Source: a virus. Taken from it: DNA of 64,000 nucleotides. The DNA lies in the IMG/VR virus record IMGVR_UViG_3300027779_000011, positions 32,001-96,000 of that record. One strand, written 5' to 3'. Below are positions 9,831 to 19,637 of this stretch, in pieces. Within the stretch, counting starts at the first letter, position 1; each line of letters begins with the position of its first letter. The notes under the pieces were generated by a model. The model searched no databases. It was not told where the DNA came from and worked only from the letters and a program-made list of their open reading frames with translations. Made by a program: the position numbers and the translations under genes.

Positions 9831-10180
9831 GAAGTTTATTCATATTAACCTCATTAATATTATCTGCTTGCAGCGTTAAGCATGTTTCCTTTTACCCAAC
9901 GAGTAGCCCATGTGTTGACTCTATGTCTGCAAACTTTTCTTATGCTAAGTGTTCGTCAATTCATCAGAGGGTAGAGGTTTCATTAAGTGACCCGGCACAC
10001 CCACTTATGGAGCTATCTTGCGTAGAGCCAAGATTTGAAACAGAGTGGACAAAAAACGTATTCTACATTATGAGCACAGAAACACAGGGATATGTGGCAG
10101 ATGTATTGCTGCCAATCTGTATGGATACTAATTCCATGATTTTTGTAAAAATAAATACCGGGAAAAGCACCGAAGAATAA
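9827..10180 (+). CDS. Cys-rich lipoprotein (paralog of 31012-31317)
   Basis: Lipobox LSAC; Cys pattern shared with 31012 ORF. Confidence 0.65.
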   Translation: MRSLFILTSLILSACSVKHVSFYPTSSPCVDSMSANFSYAKCSSIHQRVEVSLSDPAHPLMELSCVEPRFETEWTKNVFYIMSTETQGYVADVLLPICMDTNSMIFVKINTGKSTEE

Positions 10181-10185
10181 AGTTT

Positions 10186-10261
10186 TCCCCTGTAGCTCAG
10201 TTGGTAGAGCAGGTGACTGTTAATCACCGGGTCGTAGGTTCGAATCCTGCCGGGGGAGCCA
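10186..10261 (+). tRNA. tRNA-Asn(GTT)
   Basis: Cloverleaf, loop CTGTTAA, CCA end. Confidence 0.95.
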
Positions 10262-10270
10262 TTAATCATT

Positions 10271-10816
10271 ATGAACGAATATGTAGTATCAGTAAAAGAA
10301 ATACACTCGGCGCACTACTCTGTTCCTGCCAACAGTCAGCAAGAGGCTATTCAGAAAGTTTTAGACGGTGACACTTCCATAAAATATATAGATTTGGAAT
10401 TTGAAGATACGATGGGCGAAGAAACATGGGGTGTGAACATGGAAAGACCTATAGATGGTATTCCATCGGTAAAAAAAATTAACGACAAATCAATAGATAT
10501 ACAAGGAACATGCTTTCAGGGTGGCTTTGTTGCCACCTATGATAAAATAGTTAGCAAGATCGGACCACCGCATATCAGTTATGACGGATATAAGACAGAT
10601 GCAGAATGGGCCATAGAGTTTGAAGATGAAACTATTGCTACAATATATAACTGGAAGGATGGAAAAAACTACCGAGGAGAAGATGGCCTTGAGGTAGGGG
10701 ATATTACTGAGTGGCATATTGGCGGAGAAGTGGGGAATGTTGTAGAATGGGTTACTGATCTTATAAAAGATTCGTGGCCAGTTTTTGATGAAGTTAGGCG
10801 AAAAGCGAAGGCGTAA
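10271..10816 (+). CDS. conserved phage hypothetical protein
   Basis: KTDAEW...ATIYNWKDG...WHIGG motif. Confidence 0.7.
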   Translation: MNEYVVSVKEIHSAHYSVPANSQQEAIQKVLDGDTSIKYIDLEFEDTMGEETWGVNMERPIDGIPSVKKINDKSIDIQGTCFQGGFVATYDKIVSKIGPPHISYDGYKTDAEWAIEFEDETIATIYNWKDGKNYRGEDGLEVGDITEWHIGGEVGNVVEWVTDLIKDSWPVFDEVRRKAKA

Positions 10817-10870
10817 GATACTAATTAAAAGCGTTTGTGCAGATAGCCTATCACCATACTCGGGTCTTTA

Positions 10871-11620
10871 ATGATAAATTTTTTTAAAATATATGATAAT
10901 GCCATACCAGATGTATTTTGCGATGAGGCAATATCTTTCTTTGAAGAACATGGAAACCTAACTGAGGACGGCATTGTTGCTGGCTCTAAAGAGTCTTATA
11001 AAAAAATAAAAAAAGTAGCAAAGAACACTATAGAGCTAGACCTGAGTTCACTTCTTAATAACAGAGGTGCAGATGAATACCAAGATATAAAGAAACTTCA
11101 CGACATTTTTAATAAACACTCTATAGAGTATAGCTCTAAATATTTATATGATGACAACTATATAGAAGAAGGGGATCATTCAAATTGGAATGACATAGTG
11201 GAATATTTAAAATCAAGGGACAGTCTTTTCTCAAACAGAAATGTTAAGATTGGAAATTTTTTACCCGATGTGGAAAAAATAGTTACTTCTGGATATAGAA
11301 TAAAAAAATATAACAAAAACTCTGGATATTATAACTATCATTCAGATCCGGCATGGGCCGAGGTAAGCCTTGGAGAGAACAGGTGGAGAGTTGGAGAGGG
11401 GGAGTATCTATCGAACATAAGGTTTCTCTCTGTTATAATGTATCTCAACACTGTGGACGATGGTGGCGAAACCACATTTCCTTTAATACCAATAAAAATA
11501 AAGCCGGTAAAAGGAAGAGTCGCAGTATTTCCAACTCATTGGACATACCTACATAAAGCAGAACCTCCAATGTCTAGTGATAAATATAGCATGAATACAT
11601 TTGTTAGTATAGTGGTATAA
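10871..11620 (+). CDS. 2OG-Fe(II) oxygenase (prolyl-hydroxylase-like)
   Basis: YHSD (HxD), MYLN...GGET.F, FPTHWTYLH, KY. Confidence 0.88.
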   Translation: MINFFKIYDNAIPDVFCDEAISFFEEHGNLTEDGIVAGSKESYKKIKKVAKNTIELDLSSLLNNRGADEYQDIKKLHDIFNKHSIEYSSKYLYDDNYIEEGDHSNWNDIVEYLKSRDSLFSNRNVKIGNFLPDVEKIVTSGYRIKKYNKNSGYYNYHSDPAWAEVSLGENRWRVGEGEYLSNIRFLSVIMYLNTVDDGGETTFPLIPIKIKPVKGRVAVFPTHWTYLHKAEPPMSSDKYSMNTFVSIVV

Positions 11621-11627
11621 TGTTTTT

Positions 11628-12488
11628 ATGGAGATTGACGTGTCACATGATGTAATAATTCCAATGGTATGTAGCGAAAACTACTTAGAAAAAGCCTTTT
11701 CGTTGATAAACTCAATTGAGGATAACTCTGGTCTTGACTACAAAATACACCTACATCTTGTAGGTATACCCCCTTCCGTAGTGGTGACTCTTTCTAATAA
11801 ATACAAAGTAAGTATGGATAAAGTTGAGTGCTTTTATGACTTTCCAGAAATAGTTGCTGCGAAAAAGAGACTCAGGGTTAACCCAGTCTTTGGTGGTAAC
11901 ATATACACAAGATTCTCCGCCTACTGTGCTAACTCAAGGGTGCTTGATTTCAAAAAGCTATTAGACAGAGGCGAGAAGAGAATATTATATATGGACGTTG
12001 ACTCTATAGTTCGCTCATCTTTAGAGGATTTATACTCAATAACAGATGACAATGACCTGTCAATGCATCTTAGAAACTGCCTGGACTTTCCCTTTAGATC
12101 TCATAATATGTTAAACCCAGGAGGCTGTGCTGCTGGAATAATAGGGATTAGGAACAGTCCAGAATCAGTTGACTTTGTAAACAAATGGGCGGGGCTTTTA
12201 ATGTCGGACGATCGGCTTTTGCACTGGTATTCTGAACAAAATACAGCTAATCATTTGATTGTAAATAATTTTTACAATATGAAAAAAGCTATAACCGCAG
12301 GAAAAAGAATCTTTGCGGGCAATAGAGGAAGCTTCAAAAGGGAGAACCCTGCTTTAAAAGTCTATGATTTGGAGAAAAAGTTTATAGACTGGGATTTTCA
12401 CAAAGATAGCCCGATTTGGGTTGGCAAGGGAAAGAAAAAAGGGTATGAGCAATACCAGATAGAAGAATTATCATATCTTCGTCAATAG
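11628..12488 (+). CDS. GT-A glycosyltransferase
   Basis: LYMDVD DxD motif, AGII, W..EQ, IWVGKG. Confidence 0.7.
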   Translation: MEIDVSHDVIIPMVCSENYLEKAFSLINSIEDNSGLDYKIHLHLVGIPPSVVVTLSNKYKVSMDKVECFYDFPEIVAAKKRLRVNPVFGGNIYTRFSAYCANSRVLDFKKLLDRGEKRILYMDVDSIVRSSLEDLYSITDDNDLSMHLRNCLDFPFRSHNMLNPGGCAAGIIGIRNSPESVDFVNKWAGLLMSDDRLLHWYSEQNTANHLIVNNFYNMKKAITAGKRIFAGNRGSFKRENPALKVYDLEKKFIDWDFHKDSPIWVGKGKKKGYEQYQIEELSYLRQ

Positions 12489-12493
12489 TATTC

Positions 12494-12570
12494 ACACCCT
12501 TAGCTCAGCTGGATAGAGCAACAGATTCCTAATCTGTAGGTCACAGGTTCGAATCCTGTAGGGTGTACCA
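12494..12570 (+). tRNA. tRNA-Arg(CCT)
   Basis: Cloverleaf, loop TTCCTAA, CCA end. Confidence 0.95.
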
Positions 12571-12624
12571 TTTAAATAGAATTATTTATTACTATAAAGT
12601 ATAATCAAAAAGGAGAATATAATA

Positions 12625-12828
12625 GTGAAAAAATATCAAAGTGGCAGTAAGTCTCAAAGGCAAAACCAACACACCAAAAAGCTTATTTCTAAGATAAAAA
12701 AGTTTAACTCTAAGGGAAAAAGCGTATCTGGTTTGGAAAAGGAGCTTGGGTATATGATGGGCGAAGAGAGGCCGAAATTTGCCACTGGACAAGGCGTGGG
12801 TGTGGGAAAAAAGAAATATGGAGAATAA
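12625..12828 (+). CDS. small basic protein
   Basis: AGGAG RBS, GTG start. Confidence 0.65.
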   Translation: MKKYQSGSKSQRQNQHTKKLISKIKKFNSKGKSVSGLEKELGYMMGEERPKFATGQGVGVGKKKYGE

Positions 12829-12982
12829 CCTTTTAAAAACACCAGATCTTAGAAAGATGGAGTCTCTTGAGAGGGCTGTAGATAATTGGGAAATTTTTGT
12901 TCAAACCTTTCGATCTTTTGTAGCTCTTTTGGTATTATGGACAATCGGAAGCTTTGTTGGCTGGATAATAAACTTAATATAA
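12818..12982 (+). CDS. small membrane protein
   Basis: C-terminal TM segment; start re-assigned to MENN. Confidence 0.55.
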   Translation: MENNLLKTPDLRKMESLERAVDNWEIFVQTFRSFVALLVLWTIGSFVGWIINLI

Positions 12983-12985
12983 AAA

Positions 12986-13264
12986 ATGGAGAATGAAATG
13001 GAAATTTATGTAACTATTAGAGCTGGAGAGGGAGTTGTGAATATTCTTTGCCAGGGGATTCAAAAGGATGAACTCGTAGAGGGTAATGTTGTACTTGTGG
13101 GGTGCAAAAGCTTTTCGTTAAATGTAGACGAAACATCTAGATTTGCAGCAGATCATGTTAGCCTTAGAAGTTCAGATATCGTATCCTACGTAACTGGCAC
13201 TCTTGAGTCAACGGATCAAGCACAGCATCAGGACATGGCCCAAGAAGAACCCGATTCTGAATAG
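12986..13264 (+). CDS. hypothetical protein
   Basis: ORF followed by terminator. Confidence 0.65.
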   Translation: MENEMEIYVTIRAGEGVVNILCQGIQKDELVEGNVVLVGCKSFSLNVDETSRFAADHVSLRSSDIVSYVTGTLESTDQAQHQDMAQEEPDSE

Positions 13265-13291
13265 TCTTTTAATAAAAAGTTTTAAATATAT

Positions 13292-13340
13292 ACCCCTTTC
13301 GGCAGAGGCAACCAACCCCTCTTCTCGGAAGGGGTTTTTT
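13292..13340 (+). terminator. rho-independent terminator
   Basis: ACCCCTTTCG/CGGAAGGGGT stem plus T-run. Confidence 0.75.
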
Positions 13341-13379
13341 ATTCTGCTAATTTTATATCCTTTTTAAGGATGTTGCACA

Positions 13380-14537
13380 ATGAATATAGAAGATTATAAA
13401 AAAGTATATTCTGCTTTAAAATCAAAGGATGGTTTACTATCGTCAATTGATGATGTAATTGTAAAGCTTAATATAAAGTGTTACGATGCTGCCAAGCAAG
13501 CAATATTCGATGTAAGCCATAACAAGATGGTTATAAAGAAAGCAGAAGATGACTCAAAAAAATGCAGCTCCCTAAGGGAGTGCTTATCCTATGGCTCATA
13601 CATAGGTATAGTTCTTTCTTACCGTAAGCCGGATTTTTTAGATCTTTTCATAGAAGAGAATGAGGCTGTGCTTTCTAGGTTTCCAATTAAGAAATTCTTA
13701 GGCTCCGGTCAGGTTGGCGATGTATGGGAACTTGAAGATAATAAGATACTTAAAATATTTGATAACAGTGTTCAGAATGATATTGCCAAATATGAGCAAG
13801 CAAGGGAGGCGACAGGTGATCATGATGCTCCCAGTTATGATATATCTATATATGAATTAGGAAGGCTAAAGGTGCCTGATAAATACTTTGGAATAAAGAC
13901 ACCAAGCTTTTCTTATATAGGTCGCAATCCAGAAGATAAGCCGGAGTATGCGCCAGCATATGTTATACTCGAAAGGCTTACGACATATAGTGGGATAGTA
14001 AGGACATATACAAGAGGACTTGAAGGCTCATCTATTCTTCCAGAGCCTCTTGTTAAGTCTGGTCTGCCCAATGATAAATCATTTCAGGATGCAATACTTG
14101 GTAATGATAATCCGGATTTTATAGTAGATATATTTATGACATACATAGGGGATATTATAATACAGGGAAGTATCCGAGGCTGGTACGATAATACGACTAG
14201 TAACTATTCTGGAAGAGTCTATCCAATGGATCTCGACTCTATCCTATCTCAAAAATCTGGGTTACCATTCTTAGATAGACGGCAAAAGATATCCGCTTTG
14301 GCGAAAATGTATATGGAAGAGGTTTCCGCTGATCCATGGCAGCTTCCAGAACCTAAATTCTTTAATGCTTACATGTCAATATTGAAGTCAGCAAAGCCTG
14401 ACCTTCCAGATGACTGGCTATTTAGATTAGCAGAGTCTACTATATCAAAACTTGAGCTTGGTCATAAAGATGTTCATACTGGAAATGTAGGGATAAGAGC
14501 AGAGGGCGACTTAAGCTTTGTATATTACGACAGCTAA
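13380..14537 (+). CDS. protein kinase-like protein
   Basis: Gly loop LGSGQVGDVW, ILK, YVILERL hinge, HKDVHTGN catalytic loop, terminal YYD. Confidence 0.75.
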   Translation: MNIEDYKKVYSALKSKDGLLSSIDDVIVKLNIKCYDAAKQAIFDVSHNKMVIKKAEDDSKKCSSLRECLSYGSYIGIVLSYRKPDFLDLFIEENEAVLSRFPIKKFLGSGQVGDVWELEDNKILKIFDNSVQNDIAKYEQAREATGDHDAPSYDISIYELGRLKVPDKYFGIKTPSFSYIGRNPEDKPEYAPAYVILERLTTYSGIVRTYTRGLEGSSILPEPLVKSGLPNDKSFQDAILGNDNPDFIVDIFMTYIGDIIIQGSIRGWYDNTTSNYSGRVYPMDLDSILSQKSGLPFLDRRQKISALAKMYMEEVSADPWQLPEPKFFNAYMSILKSAKPDLPDDWLFRLAESTISKLELGHKDVHTGNVGIRAEGDLSFVYYDS

Positions 14538-14538
14538 G

Positions 14539-15276
14539 TTATAAATTTCTTACTATTGTATCTATCTGCCTAAAGGGGCTTATTAATTCTCGCGGAAAGG
14601 GTGGCGATGATCGATGATGTGCAACTAAGTCCCCCCATAATTCATTAAAATGCCTTCTGATGCCTTCATAATTCTTTTTTGAAATCAGCCTAAGCATCTT
14701 GCCTACGGCGGGAGGCAGATCACCTTCTTCGTATGCAGAGATTAACTTGCCCGCTACCGAGTCAGGACGGCCAAGGAAGTCTGTGCCACCCGCGCCAGCC
14801 ATTAACCTGAAAATAGGATCTTCTTCTCCGCGCTGAACCATGTAGTAAATGGTCGCATCGACATACTCTTCAAAGTTTTTCTGCGACATTGGTTCAATTT
14901 CAGAATATTTATCTGTGGCAGCCTCTTCCTCAAAGCTTACCGGCTCTTGTAATGATAGGGCAGGCGTTTCTTCTTGCGATTGTTCGACACCCATTTGTTC
15001 TAAGTTTTCCTCTTCCTCATTTGTAATCCTGCGTTCCGGCGGCCTCTCCGGTTGTATAGATGGAGAGAGGTATGAGTCTAGGGGCGACCATAGCCTTCTC
15101 TCTGTACCCTCCTCTAAATTGTCCTCTGGGCGTGTTGACGGGGGAAGTATTAACCCACTATTAGGCCCACCTACGATTACTCCCGGTCCAACTGCCGCTA
15201 TCTTTTGAAGCTCTTTATAGTTTCTATATGAAGCTATTTTGAACATGTATCTCTTGCTTAGGGCTATTCTTTTCAT
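14539..15276 (-). CDS. hypothetical protein, probable virion cargo
   Basis: Basic leader with KIA motifs; TACTAAT upstream; AGGA RBS. Confidence 0.65.
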   Translation of the reverse strand: MKRIALSKRYMFKIASYRNYKELQKIAAVGPGVIVGGPNSGLILPPSTRPEDNLEEGTERRLWSPLDSYLSPSIQPERPPERRITNEEEENLEQMGVEQSQEETPALSLQEPVSFEEEAATDKYSEIEPMSQKNFEEYVDATIYYMVQRGEEDPIFRLMAGAGGTDFLGRPDSVAGKLISAYEEGDLPPAVGKMLRLISKKNYEGIRRHFNELWGDLVAHHRSSPPFPRELISPFRQIDTIVRNL

Positions 15277-15346
15277 TTTTCTATTCCTACATTTATTAAA
15301 TGAATATTAGTAAATTTATGACTTTTTGATCGGGAGAAAAAGCTCT

Positions 15347-16009
15347 TCAACTTTTACCCCTATGCTTCATAATATTATGCATATTATTCTTATTTACATC
15401 TAAGAACTCCTTTATGTGTATTTCCTTTTCTGAGTCATCAGAGTTGAACCATATCCATGGATATTTTGTCTTATAATCATCTATTTCTTTTTGGATGCTC
15501 GAAAGATTTATTTTAATTTTTGATATGCTTATATCACTCAACTCAGGAATATCAATTTTAAGTTCACTTGCTATTTTTATTATTTCTAAATAATCTGAAC
15601 TCGTTACAGCGTTTTGGGTTTTACTATATAATACCTTGTATGCTTCCTTAGTATCACCATCCTCTTTCATTATTTTATCTGGATGAATCTTTAAAACTAT
15701 TTTTTTATATATTTTCTTCATATCTTCGGATAAGCTGTTTTTACTTTTAGATATCTCTACGCTCTCACTCCGTTCTTCATCACCTTTATCACGCCCCACT
15801 GTGTCATTCTGTCTTGAATCTTCAGAGAAATCTTCTCTACACATACTAGGTTCGTCTTCTATAATATTATTTTCTTCAACGTATTTAAACACCTCTTCTA
15901 AAAAAGTATTTTCATATTTTTCGTATAATGTTATAGAGTCTTCTAACTCCATTCGAAGTATCTCGTACTCCAGCATTATCTTTTTAGTCTTTCTTAGTGA
16001 GTATTCCAT
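15347..16009 (-). CDS. J-domain-containing protein
   Basis: KKIYKKIVLKIHPDK (HPD motif) within coiled coils. Confidence 0.7.
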   Translation of the reverse strand: MEYSLRKTKKIMLEYEILRMELEDSITLYEKYENTFLEEVFKYVEENNIIEDEPSMCREDFSEDSRQNDTVGRDKGDEERSESVEISKSKNSLSEDMKKIYKKIVLKIHPDKIMKEDGDTKEAYKVLYSKTQNAVTSSDYLEIIKIASELKIDIPELSDISISKIKINLSSIQKEIDDYKTKYPWIWFNSDDSEKEIHIKEFLDVNKNNMHNIMKHRGKS

Positions 16010-16075
16010 TTTTTACTTCCAGAATTATTAATGATTATATGTAATATAGTAATATTATAAACAAAGGAATCTAAA

Positions 16076-16264
16076 ATGAAAGAAAAGAATAAAAAAAATA
16101 TATTATCAAGATCAGCTTCATGGCTGGCTATATTCGTTGACGAATCATTACCAAGGTTTTTCTCAAGACTATTTTGTGTAATGGGACATATCTTTTCGGC
16201 ATTACTAATAATGATTTTAATATTTTTATTTTGCTTTATGGCTATAGATTATATTCTAGGGTAG
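16076..16264 (+). CDS. small membrane protein
   Basis: AAGGA RBS, hydrophobic C-terminus. Confidence 0.5.
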   Translation: MKEKNKKNILSRSASWLAIFVDESLPRFFSRLFCVMGHIFSALLIMILIFLFCFMAIDYILG

Positions 16265-16568
16265 AGTCACTACACTTATTGCCCAGATTCTGATAATTTG
16301 GAGAAAAGGAAATATCTTCTTCTATATAAATATATTCCAATCTATCTGGCGATATTGGGATTATAACTTCTCCAATGTCAAAGCCTTCGTTGTTATAAAT
16401 ATAAAACACTAAAAACAATATTATTGATAAAGATATATGAAAAATTTTATTATTGAATCTCATAATGTTATTAACACCTACACATCATTACTTACTATTA
16501 TTGAGCAATATTCATAGAATGAATAATTCTATATTAAACTATACAGATAATGATAGGAGTAATGTTTC

Positions 16569-16835
16569 TTGGCTAACTTAACGATCACAACTCTACTGCT
16601 TTTCTTGAACTTGCTTTTTGTGGCAATACTAATCGCAAGAGGATTTCTTAAAAAAGAAATATTGCCAGAAAAGATAGATATGTTAAATGAAAGAATCCTG
16701 ATACTATCTTCAAAAATAGACCATCTTGATAAAAGAATCGACTCTCAGGATAAAAAAATAGAAAGTGTGGAGGGCATCATGGCGATTATGGCTAATTCCC
16801 AATACCTTCTATACCCTGATGATTATTCTAATTAG
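16569..16835 (+). CDS. membrane-anchored coiled-coil protein
   Basis: AGGAG RBS, N-terminal TM plus heptads. Confidence 0.6.
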   Translation: MANLTITTLLLFLNLLFVAILIARGFLKKEILPEKIDMLNERILILSSKIDHLDKRIDSQDKKIESVEGIMAIMANSQYLLYPDDYSN

Positions 16836-16915
16836 CTATTCTTGAAAAAAGGTTAATATATTTTTTCAATACCATATACCAGTGTCAAAGCAACCCAGGA
16901 GGGGCGTAATGCCAA

Positions 16916-17275
16916 GTGTACTACAAGGCTCGTAAAATTGCATTAAATAACAACCATGATTACCACCTAGCCGCATTTGCAAAAAAAGGTGGCGGGTTTG
17001 TGTTTGGGACAAATAGTGATAAGTGTTCTGCAAAATTCAGAAGAACTCATCCAGATGGAAGTGTCGGGTATCATATGCACGCAGAAATGGCTTTGATTAA
17101 TAAGTTTAGCACCGGCTCGCTTTATGAAATACATGTGGCAAGGTTCAAAAAAAATGGAGATATGACTATGGCAAGACCATGCCTGTATTGTCAAAGGTTT
17201 CTTAAGAAGCATGGGGTAAAGAGGGTTCACTATACAGATTGGAACGGAGAATGGACCTGTATGAGAATTAAATGA
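16916..17275 (+). CDS. cytidine/dCMP-deaminase-fold protein
   Basis: HAE and PCLYC zinc-binding motifs. Confidence 0.8.
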   Translation: MYYKARKIALNNNHDYHLAAFAKKGGGFVFGTNSDKCSAKFRRTHPDGSVGYHMHAEMALINKFSTGSLYEIHVARFKKNGDMTMARPCLYCQRFLKKHGVKRVHYTDWNGEWTCMRIK

Positions 17276-17610
17276 AAAATTTTTTCCTAATCACAAGGAT
17301 TTATTTATCAAACTCTTTTGATATATTGTTTAATACATTTTTTATCTTAGTAGCGAAACTCCTTGGCAATCTTGACTCATATAAAGACTTTTACTGTTCA
17401 GCTATAATAAATGGGTTTGATCATGATCTCATTCCGGAATTATTAGAAGACCAGAAGATAAACTTAGAAGAGTGCGAAGATATTATTTATATTGCCATTT
17501 TATATAACACTATTCCGTTAGTAATTTTTCCGTCAATTAGGAATGAGGTTTTCGACAAGTGTTCTGAATCAATGATAAGAAAGTTTAGATGGAAATATCT
17601 TTCCAGATAA
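17272..17610 (+). CDS. hypothetical protein
   Basis: ATGA-coupled ORF. Confidence 0.55.
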   Translation: MKNFFLITRIYLSNSFDILFNTFFILVAKLLGNLDSYKDFYCSAIINGFDHDLIPELLEDQKINLEECEDIIYIAILYNTIPLVIFPSIRNEVFDKCSESMIRKFRWKYLSR

Positions 17611-17611
17611 A

Positions 17612-17687
17612 AACAATGTAGCTCAGTTGGCAGAGCGGCTGATTTGTAATCAGCAGGTCGTAGGTTCGACTCCTATCAATGGCTCCA
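17612..17687 (+). tRNA. tRNA-Thr(TGT) with defective acceptor stem (possible pseudo-tRNA)
   Basis: Intact D, anticodon and T arms plus CCA; acceptor 5' AACAATG vs 3' CAATGGC has 3 mismatches. Confidence 0.75.
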
Positions 17688-17725
17688 CAATGGAATAGAT
17701 TTGCAGAAGCAGTAATCAATATTTT

Positions 17726-17802
17726 GCACCCGTAGCTCAGCTGGATAGAGCATCGGCCTTCTAAGCCGAGGGTCATAGGTTCGAATCCTATCGGGTGTGC
17801 CA
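17726..17802 (+). tRNA. tRNA-Arg(TCT)
   Basis: Cloverleaf, loop CTTCTAA, CCA. Confidence 0.95.
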
Positions 17803-17820
17803 TTTAAAAAAGGAATAGTT

Positions 17821-18018
17821 ATGACAAATGAAATTGCATTAAATAAATGGTTAGAGTATAACAATGTTCAGCCAGAAGATTTAGATGAAGTTGTGCATGA
17901 TGCAGCAGCTTCAATGGCTTCAAACGCAAGTAATGAAGGATTGTCCGGACAGATTGATTTCTTGAAAATTATTGCCGGATGGAGTGATCAGGATATCAAA
18001 GAAGCAATTGATCCTTGA
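17821..18018 (+). CDS. hypothetical protein
   Basis: AAGGA RBS; start moved past tRNA. Confidence 0.65.
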   Translation: MTNEIALNKWLEYNNVQPEDLDEVVHDAAASMASNASNEGLSGQIDFLKIIAGWSDQDIKEAIDP

Positions 18019-18046
18019 CTTATAAAATTTAATCGGATACATACAA

Positions 18047-18262
18047 ATGAGGCTATTGATCCTTCTACTACCACTATCTATAGGATGCTCTTCGGCAATC
18101 GCTTATGATGTTCCAGAGCAAAAAGGATGCGTAATCGACAGGTGTAATGACAAAATATGTTCTGTCGAAACACCAGAGGGATGGGTGGAAATCAGCAGAA
18201 AGCGTGACTACTATGAGGGTAAGAGAATTGCTTGCCCAACATGGCTGGTGGAACCTACATAA
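18047..18262 (+). CDS. small Cys-containing lipoprotein/secreted protein
   Basis: Signal/lipobox LSIGC and further Cys residues. Confidence 0.6.
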   Translation: MRLLILLLPLSIGCSSAIAYDVPEQKGCVIDRCNDKICSVETPEGWVEISRKRDYYEGKRIACPTWLVEPT

Positions 18263-18462
18263 AAATTTATTGGGGGGCCGGAGAGTAATTAACTCTGGTA
18301 AAAATGTGATGGAAACAAAGAGTGTCATGTTTCTTTTAATTGCTGAAAAGTCAAACCGTACAGGCTGAGGGTGCTTCTTATAATAACAGCAAAGCCAATA
18401 AGCATCTGTAACAACCTCACTACCCCTCATATTTTTGATATACTTATATTGAAATATATAGT

Positions 18463-19296
18463 ATGTTTTATCTCATAAGCAACTCTAGTTTAATAACAGA
18501 AGAGATTATAAATAAAGTTAATTTTAAAAAAAATGATAAAATATTTTTATTTAATAGAAAACATGATAATCTTTTTAAGATACTATTAAAAAACTTTGAA
18601 AATAAATATAGTTTTAAACCAGACATTTATATGTGCCAAAGAGAAACTCTAATGAAGGATGAAACCGATTACTTCTATCGTGGTTCGTCCAGTCCCTTTA
18701 TAGGTAATGAGAATATAAACACATTCTACCTTATAGCGGGCGGAGCTTCAAAGAAAGTTGGATATGACTTCGATTATGATAAAAAAATCATAAGAAGACA
18801 GACTAAAATAGATTATAATAAATACAAAAGGCATCTGTTAAGTTTCGACTCTACAAGAAAAATACAATTCGTCAATTATAAAACAATGCTCCCCCCATAT
18901 GGAATGGGGCATAGTATATTTGATATAAAGTATTATGAGCCATATACTGGATTTATAATGCTTCTTTATATAGATAATAAATTTCCAAATGAAGACAAGA
19001 CTCTCATTGGGTTCACATGTTACTCAAGTCATACTAAAAAAAGACCAAAGGATATTCCTACCCACAGGCCAAAGCTTGAATGGGAGTTGTTTTTAAGCTA
19101 TTGCAAAAGCAGAAGTGTGAGCCTTCTTTACTCGAAAGAAGAAGATGGGGTTCTTATAGATTATGATGTTATCGCAGACTTTGATCCTCTGTTTGTAATT
19201 GACGGAACAATTAATGTGGAAGATAGGTACTTGATATCACCAGATAATATAAAAAAATCTGATGATTATTATGAAAGAACTAGCAATCTATTTTGA
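18463..19296 (+). CDS. GT29 (sialyltransferase)-like protein
   Basis: ISNS...IFLFN N-terminus; PYTGF...LIGF and H..KLE resemble S and VS sialylmotifs. Confidence 0.5.
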   Translation: MFYLISNSSLITEEIINKVNFKKNDKIFLFNRKHDNLFKILLKNFENKYSFKPDIYMCQRETLMKDETDYFYRGSSSPFIGNENINTFYLIAGGASKKVGYDFDYDKKIIRRQTKIDYNKYKRHLLSFDSTRKIQFVNYKTMLPPYGMGHSIFDIKYYEPYTGFIMLLYIDNKFPNEDKTLIGFTCYSSHTKKRPKDIPTHRPKLEWELFLSYCKSRSVSLLYSKEEDGVLIDYDVIADFDPLFVIDGTINVEDRYLISPDNIKKSDDYYERTSNLF

Positions 19297-19324
19297 AATA
19301 AGATAATACTATATTTGAATTACA

Positions 19325-19609
19325 ATGACTTACGAAAATTTTGAAATTTACAAAACATTTTCTGCATCCACAGCACACATTGAAGAGTCTGATTTTGATG
19401 TTTTATACAGCAATAGATTTTGCTCATATCCTTCGGACTATGGTATTAAATTCTACTTGCATGATGAAATACTAAAAGATGTTGAAGATATAAATTGTAG
19501 CGAAGGGCTTTCTTTGCTGATTATATTTGCCATATCAAAAGGGTGTCATTATATTGATTTAGATTCTGACGGCCCCATCTATGATGGTTTTCCATCATAT
19601 GATTGGTAA
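19325..19609 (+). CDS. DUF5983-like protein
   Basis: STAHI...GCHYIDLDSDGP...PSYDW. Confidence 0.6.
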   Translation: MTYENFEIYKTFSASTAHIEESDFDVLYSNRFCSYPSDYGIKFYLHDEILKDVEDINCSEGLSLLIIFAISKGCHYIDLDSDGPIYDGFPSYDW

Positions 19610-19637
19610 CTATGTACATAAAGAAATAGAGAGGAGT

